The notes below the pieces were generated by a model. That model was not told where the DNA came from. It did not search any database and worked only from the letters and a program-made list of their open reading frames with translations. Below are positions 46,295 to 57,200 of a stretch of DNA of 64,000 bases, one piece after another (within the stretch, counting starts at the first letter, position 1; each line of letters begins with the position of its first letter). Origin of the DNA: an uncultured bacterium. Its GTDB lineage: Bacteria; Oederibacteriota; JAAXVQ01; JAUVAV01. A program made the translations under genes and the position numbers. The stretch spans positions 103,947 through 167,946 of the forward strand of contig CAVQBK010000005.1 in assembly GCA_963710755.1 (NCBI GenBank), read 5' to 3'.

Positions 46295-47758
46295 TCAAGC
46301 CGGTAGGCCGGGTTGATAGCCAAACCAATCCACCCAAGCTGTGGCTTGGTGACAAAAAAGGCCGATCATGACACCTGTAAAACCTCCGGCCACTTCCGAA
46401 GAAAAATATTTGGTTTCCATTTGTCCCAGCAAATGGCAACCGGCGCTGCTATCTTTTACATAAAAATAATAATGGGCACTGGTCGCCCGCAGCAGCAAGG
46501 TGGCTTCTTCATCTTCCAGTTCCAGTTGTCCCAGTTGGTGGATAATATCTCCTATCACCACCGTACAGGTATAATATCCCTCCCGGCCTGTTATGGCCAG
46601 CCGGAGTTGATGGCGTTCATCCATGATCACCAGCAGCCCGGCCTCGCCGTGACTACCCGCATGGACGAGGTTTAGCTTTGTCTCCACTTGTAAATCAAAA
46701 TGGCTTTGGCGAACCGCCAGTACCACCGGCTTAGAAGAGGCTTGCAATTGCAGCCGTCCCGGCTGCTTGACCAAAGACCAGCTACCCGGTTGGGGATTGC
46801 GAAGAAATTGCCAGCGCAGGTCCAATTCCGGCTGATTAAAACGATCATACCAGCCGGCGTTATTGGAATAAGAAAGCTGCGGTCCGCGTGCCTGCATGGT
46901 CAATTCCAAGCCCCGCTGTTCATTCACCACGGGCCAATCTTCTTTTGTCCAACGCACTGGTGCCAGAAATGTTTCCCTGCCCAGATGATGGTAGTCACCA
47001 TGTACCGGACGAAAAGCGAGGCACACCAGCCACCAATGTCCTTGGCCATCTTCCACCAAATCACCATGTCCAGTGCCCTGGATAGGATGAGGCGCCTTGT
47101 CGCGATGAGTCAAAATGGGATTATGGGGACAGGTTTCAAAAGGTCCCCAGGGAGAGGCCGAACGGGCGATGGTGATCATATGGCCGTATTCCGTGCCCCC
47201 TTCGGCCAGCATTAAATAATAAATTCCTTCAATTTTGTACAAATGGGGCCCTTCCGGATAGCGGCCGCCCGACCCTTTCCAAATTAAACGCGGCTGGTTG
47301 CAATACCCCGTGCCCAAATCCAGCTCAGCCTGGATGATCCCCTGGCCGTCTCCGGTGGTCTGGACCAGGACTTGGTCGCCTTCAAAAAACAAGGACGGAT
47401 CAATGCCGGGAAGGGGTATGACCAAAGGGTCGGACCACGGCCCTTGGGGTTGATTCGCCCAGAGGAGAATATTGCCCCGGCCGCCAAAGTCCGTAGTGAT
47501 CATGTAAAACCGGTTATGATAATAGCGCAGAGTGGGTGCAAAGATACCCCAAGAAGCTTTCCTTGAGGTCAAATCCAGCTGAGCATCACGGTTAAGGCAA
47601 AACCCTAGCTGGTGCCAATTAATTAAATCGCGGCTGTGAAAGAGGGGGACACCAGGAAACCATTGGAAGGAACTGGTCACCAGATAAAAGTCGTTTTGGA
47701 CTCTGCAAATACTGGGGTCAGGATAAAAGCCGGGGATAATGGGGTTGTCATAGTTCAT
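46295..47758 (-). CDS. Glycoside hydrolase family 43 (beta-xylosidase/arabinofuranosidase) with C-terminal beta-sandwich
   Basis: NPIIPGFYPDPSICR, FAP, IDPSLF, EGPHLYK, GHGDLV, LGRETFL; no signal peptide. Confidence 0.93.
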   Translation of the reverse strand: MNYDNPIIPGFYPDPSICRVQNDFYLVTSSFQWFPGVPLFHSRDLINWHQLGFCLNRDAQLDLTSRKASWGIFAPTLRYYHNRFYMITTDFGGRGNILLWANQPQGPWSDPLVIPLPGIDPSLFFEGDQVLVQTTGDGQGIIQAELDLGTGYCNQPRLIWKGSGGRYPEGPHLYKIEGIYYLMLAEGGTEYGHMITIARSASPWGPFETCPHNPILTHRDKAPHPIQGTGHGDLVEDGQGHWWLVCLAFRPVHGDYHHLGRETFLAPVRWTKEDWPVVNEQRGLELTMQARGPQLSYSNNAGWYDRFNQPELDLRWQFLRNPQPGSWSLVKQPGRLQLQASSKPVVLAVRQSHFDLQVETKLNLVHAGSHGEAGLLVIMDERHQLRLAITGREGYYTCTVVIGDIIHQLGQLELEDEEATLLLRATSAHYYFYVKDSSAGCHLLGQMETKYFSSEVAGGFTGVMIGLFCHQATAWVDWFGYQPGLPA

Positions 47759-47807
47759 GAAGCCTCCACCCGTTTGCGGCGATCAAGCTCCGTCCAAACA
47801 CGGCGAC

Positions 47808-49265
47808 TTAAAAATAGAGATCCCTTATGCCTGCTTTTACCTTCTCAAGGCGTTCTATAGTTTTGGTTTGCATCTCCGGACTTAATTGCAGCAGCTGGCG
47901 GGCAATCACTGCCTCACCTTTGACCCGCGTATCGAGTTGGGCATAATCGATCAGATATTCCTGAAAAGTTAAGATGGCATTGGGAAGGCAATAATTTTTA
48001 ATGGTCCCAGGTTTTAACAGGTCCATGATGACTTCCCCGGTTCGGCCCGTGCGGTAACAGGCCGTGCAAAAGGACGACAGGTTGCCGCTCTCAATCACAT
48101 CATTAACCACTTGTTCCAAGGAACGGGTATCTTCGATTTCGAACTGATGGTCCTTTGCTTCTGGTGTGGCGCTGTAGCCACCCACATCAGTGTGGCTCCC
48201 GGCTGAAACCTGGGAGACGCCGGCATTCATCAATTCGTGGCGCAAGGCCGCGGATTCGCGGGTGCTTAGGATCAAGCCCGTGTACGGCAGGGCCAGACGG
48301 ATGGCCGCCACTACCAGTTTAAATTGTTGATCATTAAGTAAATAGCGGTTGCTTTGCAGGGCATCATCCTCGCACAAGGGTGTGCCATGTGCCACTTTTA
48401 ACCGGGGCACGGACACCGCATGGGGACCGACACCGTATCGCTGATCCAAATACTGACCGTGAATGATCAACGCGGTTACATCAAAGCGAAAATCGTAAAG
48501 GCCCAGCAAGACCCCGGTGCTGACATCATCCACCCCGGCCTGGATGGCCCGGTCCATGACCGTCAGCCGCCAGTCAAAATCTGCCTTGGGTCCGCTGGGA
48601 TGCATGCGCTGGTAGGTGTCTTCATGATAGGTTTCCTGAAAGCATTGGTAGGTGCCAATGCCGGCTGCTTTCAGCGCCTCAAACTGTTCCACTGTCGGTG
48701 GGGCAATATTCACATTAGCCCGCCGGATTTCGCCTTTATCCTTGCGGGTTTGATAAACCACCTTTAATGCCTGGAGGATTTGATCAAAATGCTGATCTTC
48801 ACCAGCCACCAGTAGCAGGCGCTTGTGCCCCAGGTCCTCTAGGATGCGTACTTGCTGTGCAATTTCTTCAGCACTCAGGGTCTTGCGTACCAGATTGGTG
48901 TTGTCCCGGCGATAGGCGCAATATAAGCAATTGTTCACGCAGTGGTTGGACAGGTAAAGCGGTGCAAAAAACACAATGCGCTTGCCGTAAACCGCTTCCT
49001 TAATAAGACGTGCTGATTCCAATATCTGCGAAAGCCAGGGTTCGTGGTCGCCGTGACAGAGCAGGACGGCCGTCTCGAAAGGTGTCAAACCTTGCCGCTT
49101 CTTGGCCTTGTTTAAAATTTCCGGCAAGGTGTGATCAGGATTGACGGCCGAGGCCTGTCTGAGCATGTCTTCAATGGCAGGAGCATTCACGATAGGCTGC
49201 ATACTCCAGGCTTTATGACCGCCCGGTTTAGTCTGGTCCAAGCTTTGCATAATCTTCACCTTCAT
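47808..49265 (-). CDS. hydG: HydG-type radical SAM tyrosine lyase ([FeFe]-hydrogenase maturase family)
   Basis: FAPLYLSNHCVNNCLYC, FQETY, GVGPH, C-terminal CTAC-x22-C auxiliary cluster (absent from ThiH); ATGA overlap with the upstream gene. Confidence 0.85.
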   Translation of the reverse strand: MKVKIMQSLDQTKPGGHKAWSMQPIVNAPAIEDMLRQASAVNPDHTLPEILNKAKKRQGLTPFETAVLLCHGDHEPWLSQILESARLIKEAVYGKRIVFFAPLYLSNHCVNNCLYCAYRRDNTNLVRKTLSAEEIAQQVRILEDLGHKRLLLVAGEDQHFDQILQALKVVYQTRKDKGEIRRANVNIAPPTVEQFEALKAAGIGTYQCFQETYHEDTYQRMHPSGPKADFDWRLTVMDRAIQAGVDDVSTGVLLGLYDFRFDVTALIIHGQYLDQRYGVGPHAVSVPRLKVAHGTPLCEDDALQSNRYLLNDQQFKLVVAAIRLALPYTGLILSTRESAALRHELMNAGVSQVSAGSHTDVGGYSATPEAKDHQFEIEDTRSLEQVVNDVIESGNLSSFCTACYRTGRTGEVIMDLLKPGTIKNYCLPNAILTFQEYLIDYAQLDTRVKGEAVIARQLLQLSPEMQTKTIERLEKVKAGIRDLYF

Positions 49266-49693
49266 TCTTTTGGCGCCCGTGGCCATTGCAGGGTCATTTG
49301 AAACCCCACCTTGACTTGACTCTCCCAAAACCAATCACCGCCGCTGGCCTTTAGCCATTTCCAAACCGTCCCCAGTCCGGTGGTCAGCTTTCCTTGTTCC
49401 GCCTGCTGTTTTAGTTGTTTTAACGGCCCTGGCAGCATGCCCACTCCGGTATCGGCAATCATCACGCCTTCTTTGCCCGGTGATTGGACACGCCACAGGT
49501 AGAGTTTGCCGCCGGCACGATTAAACCGCACGGCGTTATTAATCAGAGCCGAACAGGCCCGCAAGGTTTCCTCTTCCCCGGCGATAATTTCCAGGGCACT
49601 TAACCCTAAGGCCTCCTCCACCACCACACCCCGCCGTTCCATAGCTGCGGCCTCTTGGGCCAAGGCCTTTTTAAGTTGGGCAATCAAATCCAT
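49262..49693 (-). CDS. Stand-alone, degenerate HATPase_c domain protein
   Basis: LINNAVRFN (N box), DTGVGM (G1), GLG (G2); no H-box; ATG at 49693 follows GGAGG. Confidence 0.7.
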   Translation of the reverse strand: MDLIAQLKKALAQEAAAMERRGVVVEEALGLSALEIIAGEEETLRACSALINNAVRFNRAGGKLYLWRVQSPGKEGVMIADTGVGMLPGPLKQLKQQAEQGKLTTGLGTVWKWLKASGGDWFWESQVKVGFQMTLQWPRAPKE

Positions 49694-49749
49694 GACGTCC
49701 TCCGCTGGATGCGGTTGAGCTGGTCGGACATCGTTCTTGGTAACAAAGG

Positions 49750-50328
49750 CTAAGGCATGGGTTCCGGTCCCGGTACCACGGCTTCTGTTTTCCAAGGCAG
49801 ATCGACCAAACGGTGCCTGGTCATATCCTTAAGCAGCAGCCGGCCTTTCACCGTCCCCGTTTTGGCTTGAAAGCCCGCCCACAGAGGCGGATGAAGGAAT
49901 ATTGCGCCTGGCTCCATTTCCAGGTTTTCCGCTTTCCATGGGCCCAATTGAAACCCGGCCAGCTTTAAATCAGGCGAGGTTTTAAGAACTTCCAACCGGA
50001 ACATATAACCGCCTTCCGCCAAGCCGTCCTGCTGACGCTTGCCGCGAAGCGCGGTGGTGAGTTTTAAGGTGATCTCCAAAACCGGTTTACGCGGCCCAAA
50101 ATGATGGCTAAGTGCTTGCTCCACTTCCACGGCTTGGCGATACTTTTTTTGTTTAAGTTGTTGTGAACTCTCGGCCACAGGCATGGCCGGCTGGTCTCTA
50201 ATGTCGTTTTCAAACACCGGGGGTTGAACATCTTTCTCAGGTGCTGGTGACAATTTGTTTTTTAACAAGCGGGAGTGTTTTGTCCTGGAGCGGGCGTCCC
50301 CTTTGATTAATCGATTTTGCACTGCCAT
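49750..50328 (-). CDS. Hypothetical protein
   Basis: 192-aa ORF with AGGGGG RBS inside a co-oriented run; no recognisable motif. Confidence 0.6.
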   Translation of the reverse strand: MAVQNRLIKGDARSRTKHSRLLKNKLSPAPEKDVQPPVFENDIRDQPAMPVAESSQQLKQKKYRQAVEVEQALSHHFGPRKPVLEITLKLTTALRGKRQQDGLAEGGYMFRLEVLKTSPDLKLAGFQLGPWKAENLEMEPGAIFLHPPLWAGFQAKTGTVKGRLLLKDMTRHRLVDLPWKTEAVVPGPEPMP

Positions 50329-50401
50329 TGTTCCCCCTGATTAATGTTATATTCCATGGTGGGTACTGCGCTTTACTCTCCGTCAAGACCATTATTGTCG
50401 G

Positions 50402-51136
50402 TTAATTAAGGGTTAACCCCCTGGCCCAGTCCGCAAACCGGCCGGTACGAGCACTGGCCACAGCCCGCCGGCAGGCTGCCATTTCTTCATCCACTGTCAA
50501 CACCGCTTCGCGTACTTTTTCGCCGTGTTCCTGCATAAGTTTTTCCAGTAGCTCCAAAGCGCGGCTATCAGAAACATCGACATGCAAGGCTTTAATCCAG
50601 ATCTGGGCGGCTTCTGCATAACGCCCCAAAGCCGCCAGACTGACGCCGAAGTTTTTATACACATTGGCCCGGCTCTGGTCATAATGGATGGCCGCTTCAC
50701 AAAAGGTAATGGCTTCTTCATGAGCGCCCAGTTGGTTGCAGCAATAAGCCAAATTGTTATTTAAGAAATAGCTGATCAACTTATTGGCATGCTTGTAGGT
50801 CAATCCCTGTTTGTAAAACACCATCGCCTCTTGGTAGTGGCCAATCTGTTCGGCTAGTTGACCGCTCATGAGCATGCTTTCGGCCAGTTCTTCCTTGGTT
50901 TTGGCATGTTTCATCCACAATTTTAAAAACTGGTAAGCTTTTTCCTGGTCACCTACGCGGCTGTAAAAAATAGCCAAGGGCTTGAGGGTCTGAGCTCGCG
51001 GACCTTTGGCTTTGTAACGGGCAAGCAATTCCTGTTCACTGTGATGGGCTTCAGCACTGGTTATCTGCGGACCATCTGGAATTTTAATATAAAACGATTG
51101 GTTATGGGACGGTTTTTTGGGACTGTTTTTATTCAT
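50402..51136 (-). CDS. Tetratricopeptide-repeat protein
   Basis: TPR-like helices (NNLAYCCNQLGAHEEAI, YKNFGVSLAALGRYAEAA); GGAG RBS. Confidence 0.85.
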   Translation of the reverse strand: MNKNSPKKPSHNQSFYIKIPDGPQITSAEAHHSEQELLARYKAKGPRAQTLKPLAIFYSRVGDQEKAYQFLKLWMKHAKTKEELAESMLMSGQLAEQIGHYQEAMVFYKQGLTYKHANKLISYFLNNNLAYCCNQLGAHEEAITFCEAAIHYDQSRANVYKNFGVSLAALGRYAEAAQIWIKALHVDVSDSRALELLEKLMQEHGEKVREAVLTVDEEMAACRRAVASARTGRFADWARGLTLN

Positions 51137-51163
51137 GCACCTGGCTCCTATAAAAGCTGATGG

Positions 51164-51511
51164 TCACTGACCATGAAATTCTCGCATGAAACCGGCGTAA
51201 AGTTCCCGAGCTTGTTCTTCCTGCGCTTTATCCACTATTACGGTTCCCCAATAGCCTTGAACCTCATTGAGCACAGTACCGTAAAAACTGGCGGTCATGT
51301 TTCGTATCCCCACATCAACCCCGCCATCAAGCAGAAAGGACTTCAAGGCCATGGCCGTAATTTCATCGGGTACTTTGCACAACTCCACGGTTTCAAACAG
51401 TTCCCCTTGATTGGGATCAGGGGGCAGGTGATTGACCAGCGGCACTTGGCAGTCAGCACAGAGCCTGATGCCCGGATTATATTCACAGCCGCATTTAGGA
51501 CAAAAAGGCAT
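51164..51511 (-). CDS. Zn-ribbon + DUF2007-like (PII-like) small protein
   Basis: MPFCPKCGCEY...CADCQVPLV; EITAMALKSFL...EQAREL. Confidence 0.75.
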   Translation of the reverse strand: MPFCPKCGCEYNPGIRLCADCQVPLVNHLPPDPNQGELFETVELCKVPDEITAMALKSFLLDGGVDVGIRNMTASFYGTVLNEVQGYWGTVIVDKAQEEQARELYAGFMREFHGQ

Positions 51512-51536
51512 AGATGATCTCCTAACTTTTCATATC

Positions 51537-51662
51537 AAAGAATAGCCGAGCAAGTCTGGACACGCCCCGGCTGCTATCTTCCTTGGCTAATAGTCTGCTT
51601 CGAAAATGTCTTTCGACTCAAGCCCATCGGCCCACCACTTTGCTGGAGGGGTATCACCAAGG
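51537..51662 (-). ncRNA. Candidate structured cis-regulatory RNA (three-way junction) followed by a terminator-like hairpin
   Basis: Manual pairing: CCTTGG-TGATA/TATTA-G-CCAAGG closes CCCTCCA/TGGTGGG and a GTC-GAAA-GAC hairpin; then AGCCGG...TCGGCT + ATTCTTT. No known family recognised. Confidence 0.4.
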
Positions 51663-51905
51663 CTTTAAAAGGTCCTCGTCAATTCCCTGCATTTCGAAAC
51701 CGTGCCACAACGCTTAATAATCCCTACCCCCTCTGACGAGAGGAAAAGGTTCCGGATGAGGGCTTACAATAGTGTTTGTTTTAAAAACCTATTATATGGA
51801 CCCCTCTCCCCGCGAAAGCGGGCAGAAGGGATCTTGACCTCACAATACAGTCTCTCCCACGAGGGGATGAAGCGACCATAAGATGATGATCTTTTCCCTT
51901 TTGTA

Positions 51906-52328
51906 TCATTCCCCCTGCAATTCATTTTGGAAGGGTTTTAATTCCACCAAATAACCATCGGGATCGCTGATGAATACAATGGATTTACCTTCCCGTTCCA
52001 ATATTCGGCAAGGCCATGGTTCTTTTTCGAGACGCTTCAAGAGCTGGTCTCGATCTTGCACCAGCAGACAAAAATGGTGACCCGCACCATGGGTGACCGA
52101 CAACCCGGGCCATGAAAACAACTCCAGGCAAGGTTCATCTCCACAGCCATAGGTCACAAAATGACAATCCTGATTGATACCATAAACCGATGCTGCATCA
52201 TCGGCTTTTAAAATAAAACGCCATAGCTGCTTGAGGCCCAGCAGATCTCCATAAAAATGATGGGCCTGGTTCAGGTCGGTGACAGGCAAAGCCACATGGT
52301 GGAGCCTCACGATAGGCTTAAATGACAT
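51906..52328 (-). CDS. VOC/glyoxalase family protein
   Basis: LHHVAL, FYGDLLG, LELF, HHFC, DPDGYLVEL. Confidence 0.88.
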   Translation of the reverse strand: MSFKPIVRLHHVALPVTDLNQAHHFYGDLLGLKQLWRFILKADDAASVYGINQDCHFVTYGCGDEPCLELFSWPGLSVTHGAGHHFCLLVQDRDQLLKRLEKEPWPCRILEREGKSIVFISDPDGYLVELKPFQNELQGE

Positions 52329-52479
52329 AATGGCTTACGTTACATGCTCCTTGCCATGATGTCAAGTGGCTTTCCATCATACGCCTGTAACGCATCAGCC
52401 CTGGACCGGAAAGGACGGATGAGTTACTCCTTTTCCCGCTAGTGCTGGCTATTTAATCCAACTCAGGCTATAATGGCCC

Positions 52480-53370
52480 ATGCGTCTCCGGATACTTTTG
52501 TCTTCACTATCACCTGCACTGTTTATCCTATGCTTGCTGCTGTCCGATGCCTGGCTATGGAGTTGGCTGCAGCATCAGGCCGTGGCCCTGGGGCCATCGA
52601 TGGACGAGCGTGGCCCGCTTTTATTGTGGTCGTTCTCCTTTGTGCCTGGTTTGGCGGCGTTGATCACCTTGGCCTTAACCAGACCTTTCGAACCCGGCTT
52701 ATCTCTTTTAAAAATACGAACCCCTTTAACCTGGGGCTTTGCGTTTATCCTCTTTCCTTTGCTGGCCATTGCGGCCGCAGCCCTCACGGTGTTATTCAAC
52801 TTGGCGGACTGGGATTGGCATCGGCTCAATTTTGCCTTTGATTTTTTAGTCCGGTTCCGGGCCGGCAGTTCCCATCTTAATCCAGGATTGCCGGGCCTGG
52901 GACGGCTTTTACGCCATTTCCTGATTTATTCTCCGTTATTGATGCTGCTGCCCAGTGTGTTGGAAGCTTTGGCGTGGCAGGGTTTTTGGTATCGCTTAAC
53001 CCAATCCCGCGGATTTTGGTTTGTGGCCCTCACCTCAGGCAGCTTGTGGTGGCTGTGGCAGGTTCCCTTGCTGCTTCATGGTTATCCTTATGGTCAACCC
53101 GCCTGGTTGGCACTACCGATTGGCCTGCTTTTTGGTTTGGTCCATCAAGGATTACTCACCTGGCTGCGCGCTCAGTTTCAAAATCTATGGCCAGTCATCG
53201 TGGCCCGCGCTACTCTGGGGGGGGCGGTCATGCTGCCTGTGGTGTTTACCACCTCTTATGATCCGCGCTGGGCGCATCTGCATGGACTGGTGGGCATAGT
53301 GCTGATGGCAGGCCTGTTGGGGTTGTTGGCTGGATTTAAGTTAATACCGCAGAAGGGCAACAGTCATTAA
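52480..53370 (+). CDS. CPBP (CAAX/Abi) family membrane protein with degenerate catalytic motifs
   Basis: Multi-TM; EALAWQG, WWLWQVP and VARATLG occupy the positions of EExxxR, HxP and HxxxN. Confidence 0.7.
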   Translation: MRLRILLSSLSPALFILCLLLSDAWLWSWLQHQAVALGPSMDERGPLLLWSFSFVPGLAALITLALTRPFEPGLSLLKIRTPLTWGFAFILFPLLAIAAAALTVLFNLADWDWHRLNFAFDFLVRFRAGSSHLNPGLPGLGRLLRHFLIYSPLLMLLPSVLEALAWQGFWYRLTQSRGFWFVALTSGSLWWLWQVPLLLHGYPYGQPAWLALPIGLLFGLVHQGLLTWLRAQFQNLWPVIVARATLGGAVMLPVVFTTSYDPRWAHLHGLVGIVLMAGLLGLLAGFKLIPQKGNSH

Positions 53371-53977
53371 GCGGACAGAGGGGACATTTGGGCCTTCTGG
53401 CAATGCAGATTTCCCGGCCCAGCAGAATCAGGCGGTGCGGGAATCCAATCCATTCCTTCCTTGGCAGCAGCAGCATAAGGTCCTTTTCAATTTGAGGAGG
53501 CTGGGTGGATTGGGTCAGGTCCAAAAGACGGCTGATTCTTTTGACGTGAGTATCCACAACGATACCTTCAGCCTGACCAAACCAATCCCCTAGTACCACA
53601 TTGGCTGTTTTACGGGCCACGCCGGGGAGACTAAGCAAGGCCTCCATGTTATCAGGCACCTGCCCCTTAAAGTCAGCCACCAGCCGAGTAGCCATGGCCT
53701 TAAGATTTTTGGATTTGTTATGATAAAACCCAGTGGAACGGACCATGCTTTCCAGGTGAACCGGATTGGCATGAGCCAAGGCTTGGGGTGTTGGATAGCG
53801 TTTAAACAACGCCGGGGTAACCTTGTTGACCTGAATATCCGTGCACTGGGCTGATAAAATAGTGGCGACCAGAAGTTCGAAAGCATTGTGATGGGTCAAG
53901 GCACAACTCACTTGGGGATAACGTTTTTTTAAACGGTTAAGAATAAGCTTTAAACGCTCTTTTATAGACAAGGACAT
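53336..53977 (-). CDS. nth: Endonuclease III
   Basis: [13 protein letters not shown], Hh[19 protein letters not shown], 4Fe-4S motif [17 protein letters not shown]. Confidence 0.96.
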   Translation of the reverse strand: MSLSIKERLKLILNRLKKRYPQVSCALTHHNAFELLVATILSAQCTDIQVNKVTPALFKRYPTPQALAHANPVHLESMVRSTGFYHNKSKNLKAMATRLVADFKGQVPDNMEALLSLPGVARKTANVVLGDWFGQAEGIVVDTHVKRISRLLDLTQSTQPPQIEKDLMLLLPRKEWIGFPHRLILLGREICIARRPKCPLCPLNDCCPSAVLT

Positions 53978-54230
53978 CTTGGCAGCCTTTGAAATTATTT
54001 ACTTTAAAATATGGTGAATTATGAAACGAGTTGCGCTGATGGTCAAGGTCAAAAGAGGCTAAAACCCAATTCTAATGCAAGGTCGCTTTGCAATCCGACC
54101 AGCCATATGCTATTATAATAAAGTAAAAGATCAACATAATTACTTTCTTTGTAATTTATTTTTTAAATTTATGGTGAGGTTTTCCCTTTGTCAAATTTCC
54201 CATCATTTTAAAATCAAAAGGAGTTCCGGT

Positions 54231-57200
54231 ATGAAGCATTGGGTCAAATGGCGTACGGTGTTGGTATTTCTCGGGTTAGCAATCCTAGGGCTGGGATCGT
54301 GGGCCACTGCTGATGTTGATAGTGTGTCTGTCAGCTTAGGCAATTCCACGGTCAATACAAATTCCAGTTATACCATTTCCTTTAATACGGGCAGCAGTGG
54401 CGCTTTATCCAAAAACAGCAATGACACCATTGTCATCACCTTCCCTGACAACACCATTGTTCCCAGTACCATCATCGCCGGCTCTCAAATCAAAGTGAAT
54501 AACACCAACATCACTACCAATGCCTCCGGCTCAGGTCAAACCCTGACCATCACTACGCCGGTTAATGTTAATGACTCTTCATCTGTTACGGTTGTTATTA
54601 ATACAGGTACAAGTAATCTGCGCAACCCCAGCATCCCTGGCACCTACTCAGTACAGCTCCATACCAGCACTGAAGCCAATGATGTCAGCTCTTCCGGTTA
54701 TAATATCAATGCTTCCTCCACAGCGCTCAATGTAGGCAGTCTTACCTTGGGCACCAACACCATCGGCAATTCCACTACGGCCAGTTTCACGATTTTCTTG
54801 GGCAGTGCCGGCGCACTCTGGGGCCAACATAGCCAAATTGTCATTACCTTCCCCAGTGACACCTTAGTTCAAAATGGCACCATTTCTTCAACGGTCTCCG
54901 TTAGCGGCACGTCGGCTTATTCGGCTGTTGGCAACAGTTCTCTTCGCACCATCACCATCGTGCCTGATCAAAATATCAATAATAGTGGCATAGCCACCAT
55001 TAGCTTGCCCAAAGTGGCTATCCGCAATCCCACCACCACCGGCAGCAGTTACACGCTGGCCATATCCACCAGTGCTCAGAGCGCGGGCACCAGCAGCACT
55101 TACACCATCACCACCTCGGCCTTTCCGGTTGGCATTGGAGGGGTTACGCCCAGTCCCAGTGTGATCGGGCAAGCTTCCCAATACACCATCGATTTTAGCA
55201 CGGGCAATTCAGGCGCCCTGGTGGGTGCTGTCAGCACCATTACCATTGCCTTTGATTCAACCTATACTATCACCAATGGCAACCTCAGCGGCGTAACCGT
55301 GGAAGGCGTGGCTGCTACCTCGGCCACGGGCAGCAGCAGCGGCCATTCCATTACGGTCGTGCCCGCCCAGGATATCGCTGCCTCCACTTCCAATGTCACC
55401 GTCGTGCTGCCTTCAACCGCCATCATCAATTCTTATACCACTAACAACTATATCCTGGATGTTTCCACCTCCGTCCAACCCAATGCCGCCACCAGCGCGC
55501 CCTTCAGCTTGTCCAAATCATCGACTGCCGTTAATATTGACAGCGTGACTTTGGGTAACAATGTCATCGGCAACACTAGTTCCTATAATATTCAGATTGA
55601 TCTGGCCTCCGATGGCGCGCTCTACGGCAATGCCGCCATTATAGTGACTTTTCCTGTGAATACCACTATTCCTGATGGCGCTCTTTCCGGTGTCCGCGTG
55701 GAAGGTGTCCTGGCCACCTCGGCTACCGGTGATAGTAGCAACCGAAAAATCACCATTAACCCCGGCCAAAATCCTTTATCCGGTACCAACCGCAACATTG
55801 TTATTCCCAGTGGCCTTATTCGCAACCCCACCACCACCAGCACTACCTATCAATTGCAGGTGGAAACTGATATACAACCGGGTGCCAACAGTCCTAATTA
55901 TGCCATCACCACATCCGTCACTCCCATAACCGTTACCTCCGTGGTACCCAATCCTGCCACAATCACCAAGCCAGCCCAGTATACCATCAACTTTAATACC
56001 GCCAGCGACGGCGCATTAGCAGGAAAGATCAGCGGCATTTTCATTACCTTTCCCTCCGGCACAACCGTCAAGAATGGTGATCTAAGTGGAGACGGCATCA
56101 CCGTGGAAGGTGTTGCCGCGTATACAGCCTCCGGTAACAGCACCAGCCGTATCGTGACTATTGTGCCCAACCAGGATATCAACGCCAGCACCAATAATGT
56201 AACCGTGGTGATTCCCAACACGCCCAGTACGGTCATCACCAATCCTTCCTTAGCAACCGACTATGCCCTGAACGTGGCCACCTCCCCTCAGCCCAATGCC
56301 GGCACCAGCCCCAATTACACCATTGGGAAATCCTCCACCCCGGTTAATATCGATTCCGTCACCGTATCCCCGGCCACTATTGGCAACCAGGCCCAATATA
56401 CTATCCAGATGGATTTAAGTTCCGATGGCGGTCTTTCCGGATCAGATACCATCACTTTAACTTTTCCCAATAATACGGAAGTGCTGACCGATGGGGCCAT
56501 CAGCGGTGTGAAAGTCAACGGCACTGCCGTCACTTCAGCCATTGGCAGCACAGCTGCAGATACCATTGTGATCGATCCGTCTCAACCCTTGGCCAATGGC
56601 ACCAACAATATTCAAATTGTTATTCCCAGCAGCGCCGTGCGTAACCCCACCACCATCAATAGCTATAACCTGAAGGTGGAAACTTCCCTGCAACCAGAGG
56701 GAACCAGTCCTAATTATGCCATTGGTCAGTCTTCCACACAGCTTAGTGTGGGTAATGTGTCAGTGTCCCCCAATGTGGTGGGCAACCAGGGGGCCTATAC
56801 CATTCAATTCACCACCAGCGATGATGGCGCCCTAATCGGCAATACCAGCACTTTGGTGGTCACCTTCCCAGCCACATCCAAAGTGGCCAGCGGTTCCATT
56901 AGCGGCGTCATGGTTGATGGCGTGTCTGACGCCTCTTCCACCGGCGACGGGGTGAATACCATTACCATCGTGATCGGTACCGACATTGCCAAAAACACGA
57001 GCAGCACGATTTATATCCCTGCCGCAGCAGTACGCAACCCCACCAGTACAGGGACCGGTTACACCTTAAACGTACGTTCCAGCGTACAGCCTGCCGGCAC
57101 CAGCAATACCTTCACCATCGAACAATCTTCAACAGCCTTATCGGTGGGCAATGTATCCCTAAGCCGCACGACTATCGGCAACCTGGCCAATGTCACCATT

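Noticed and set aside
52385-52440. SRP RNA-like GGACCGGAAAGG segment
   Set aside because: Lacks the conserved helix-8 motif (CAGG...GGAAGGAAGCAGC) and a long flanking stem
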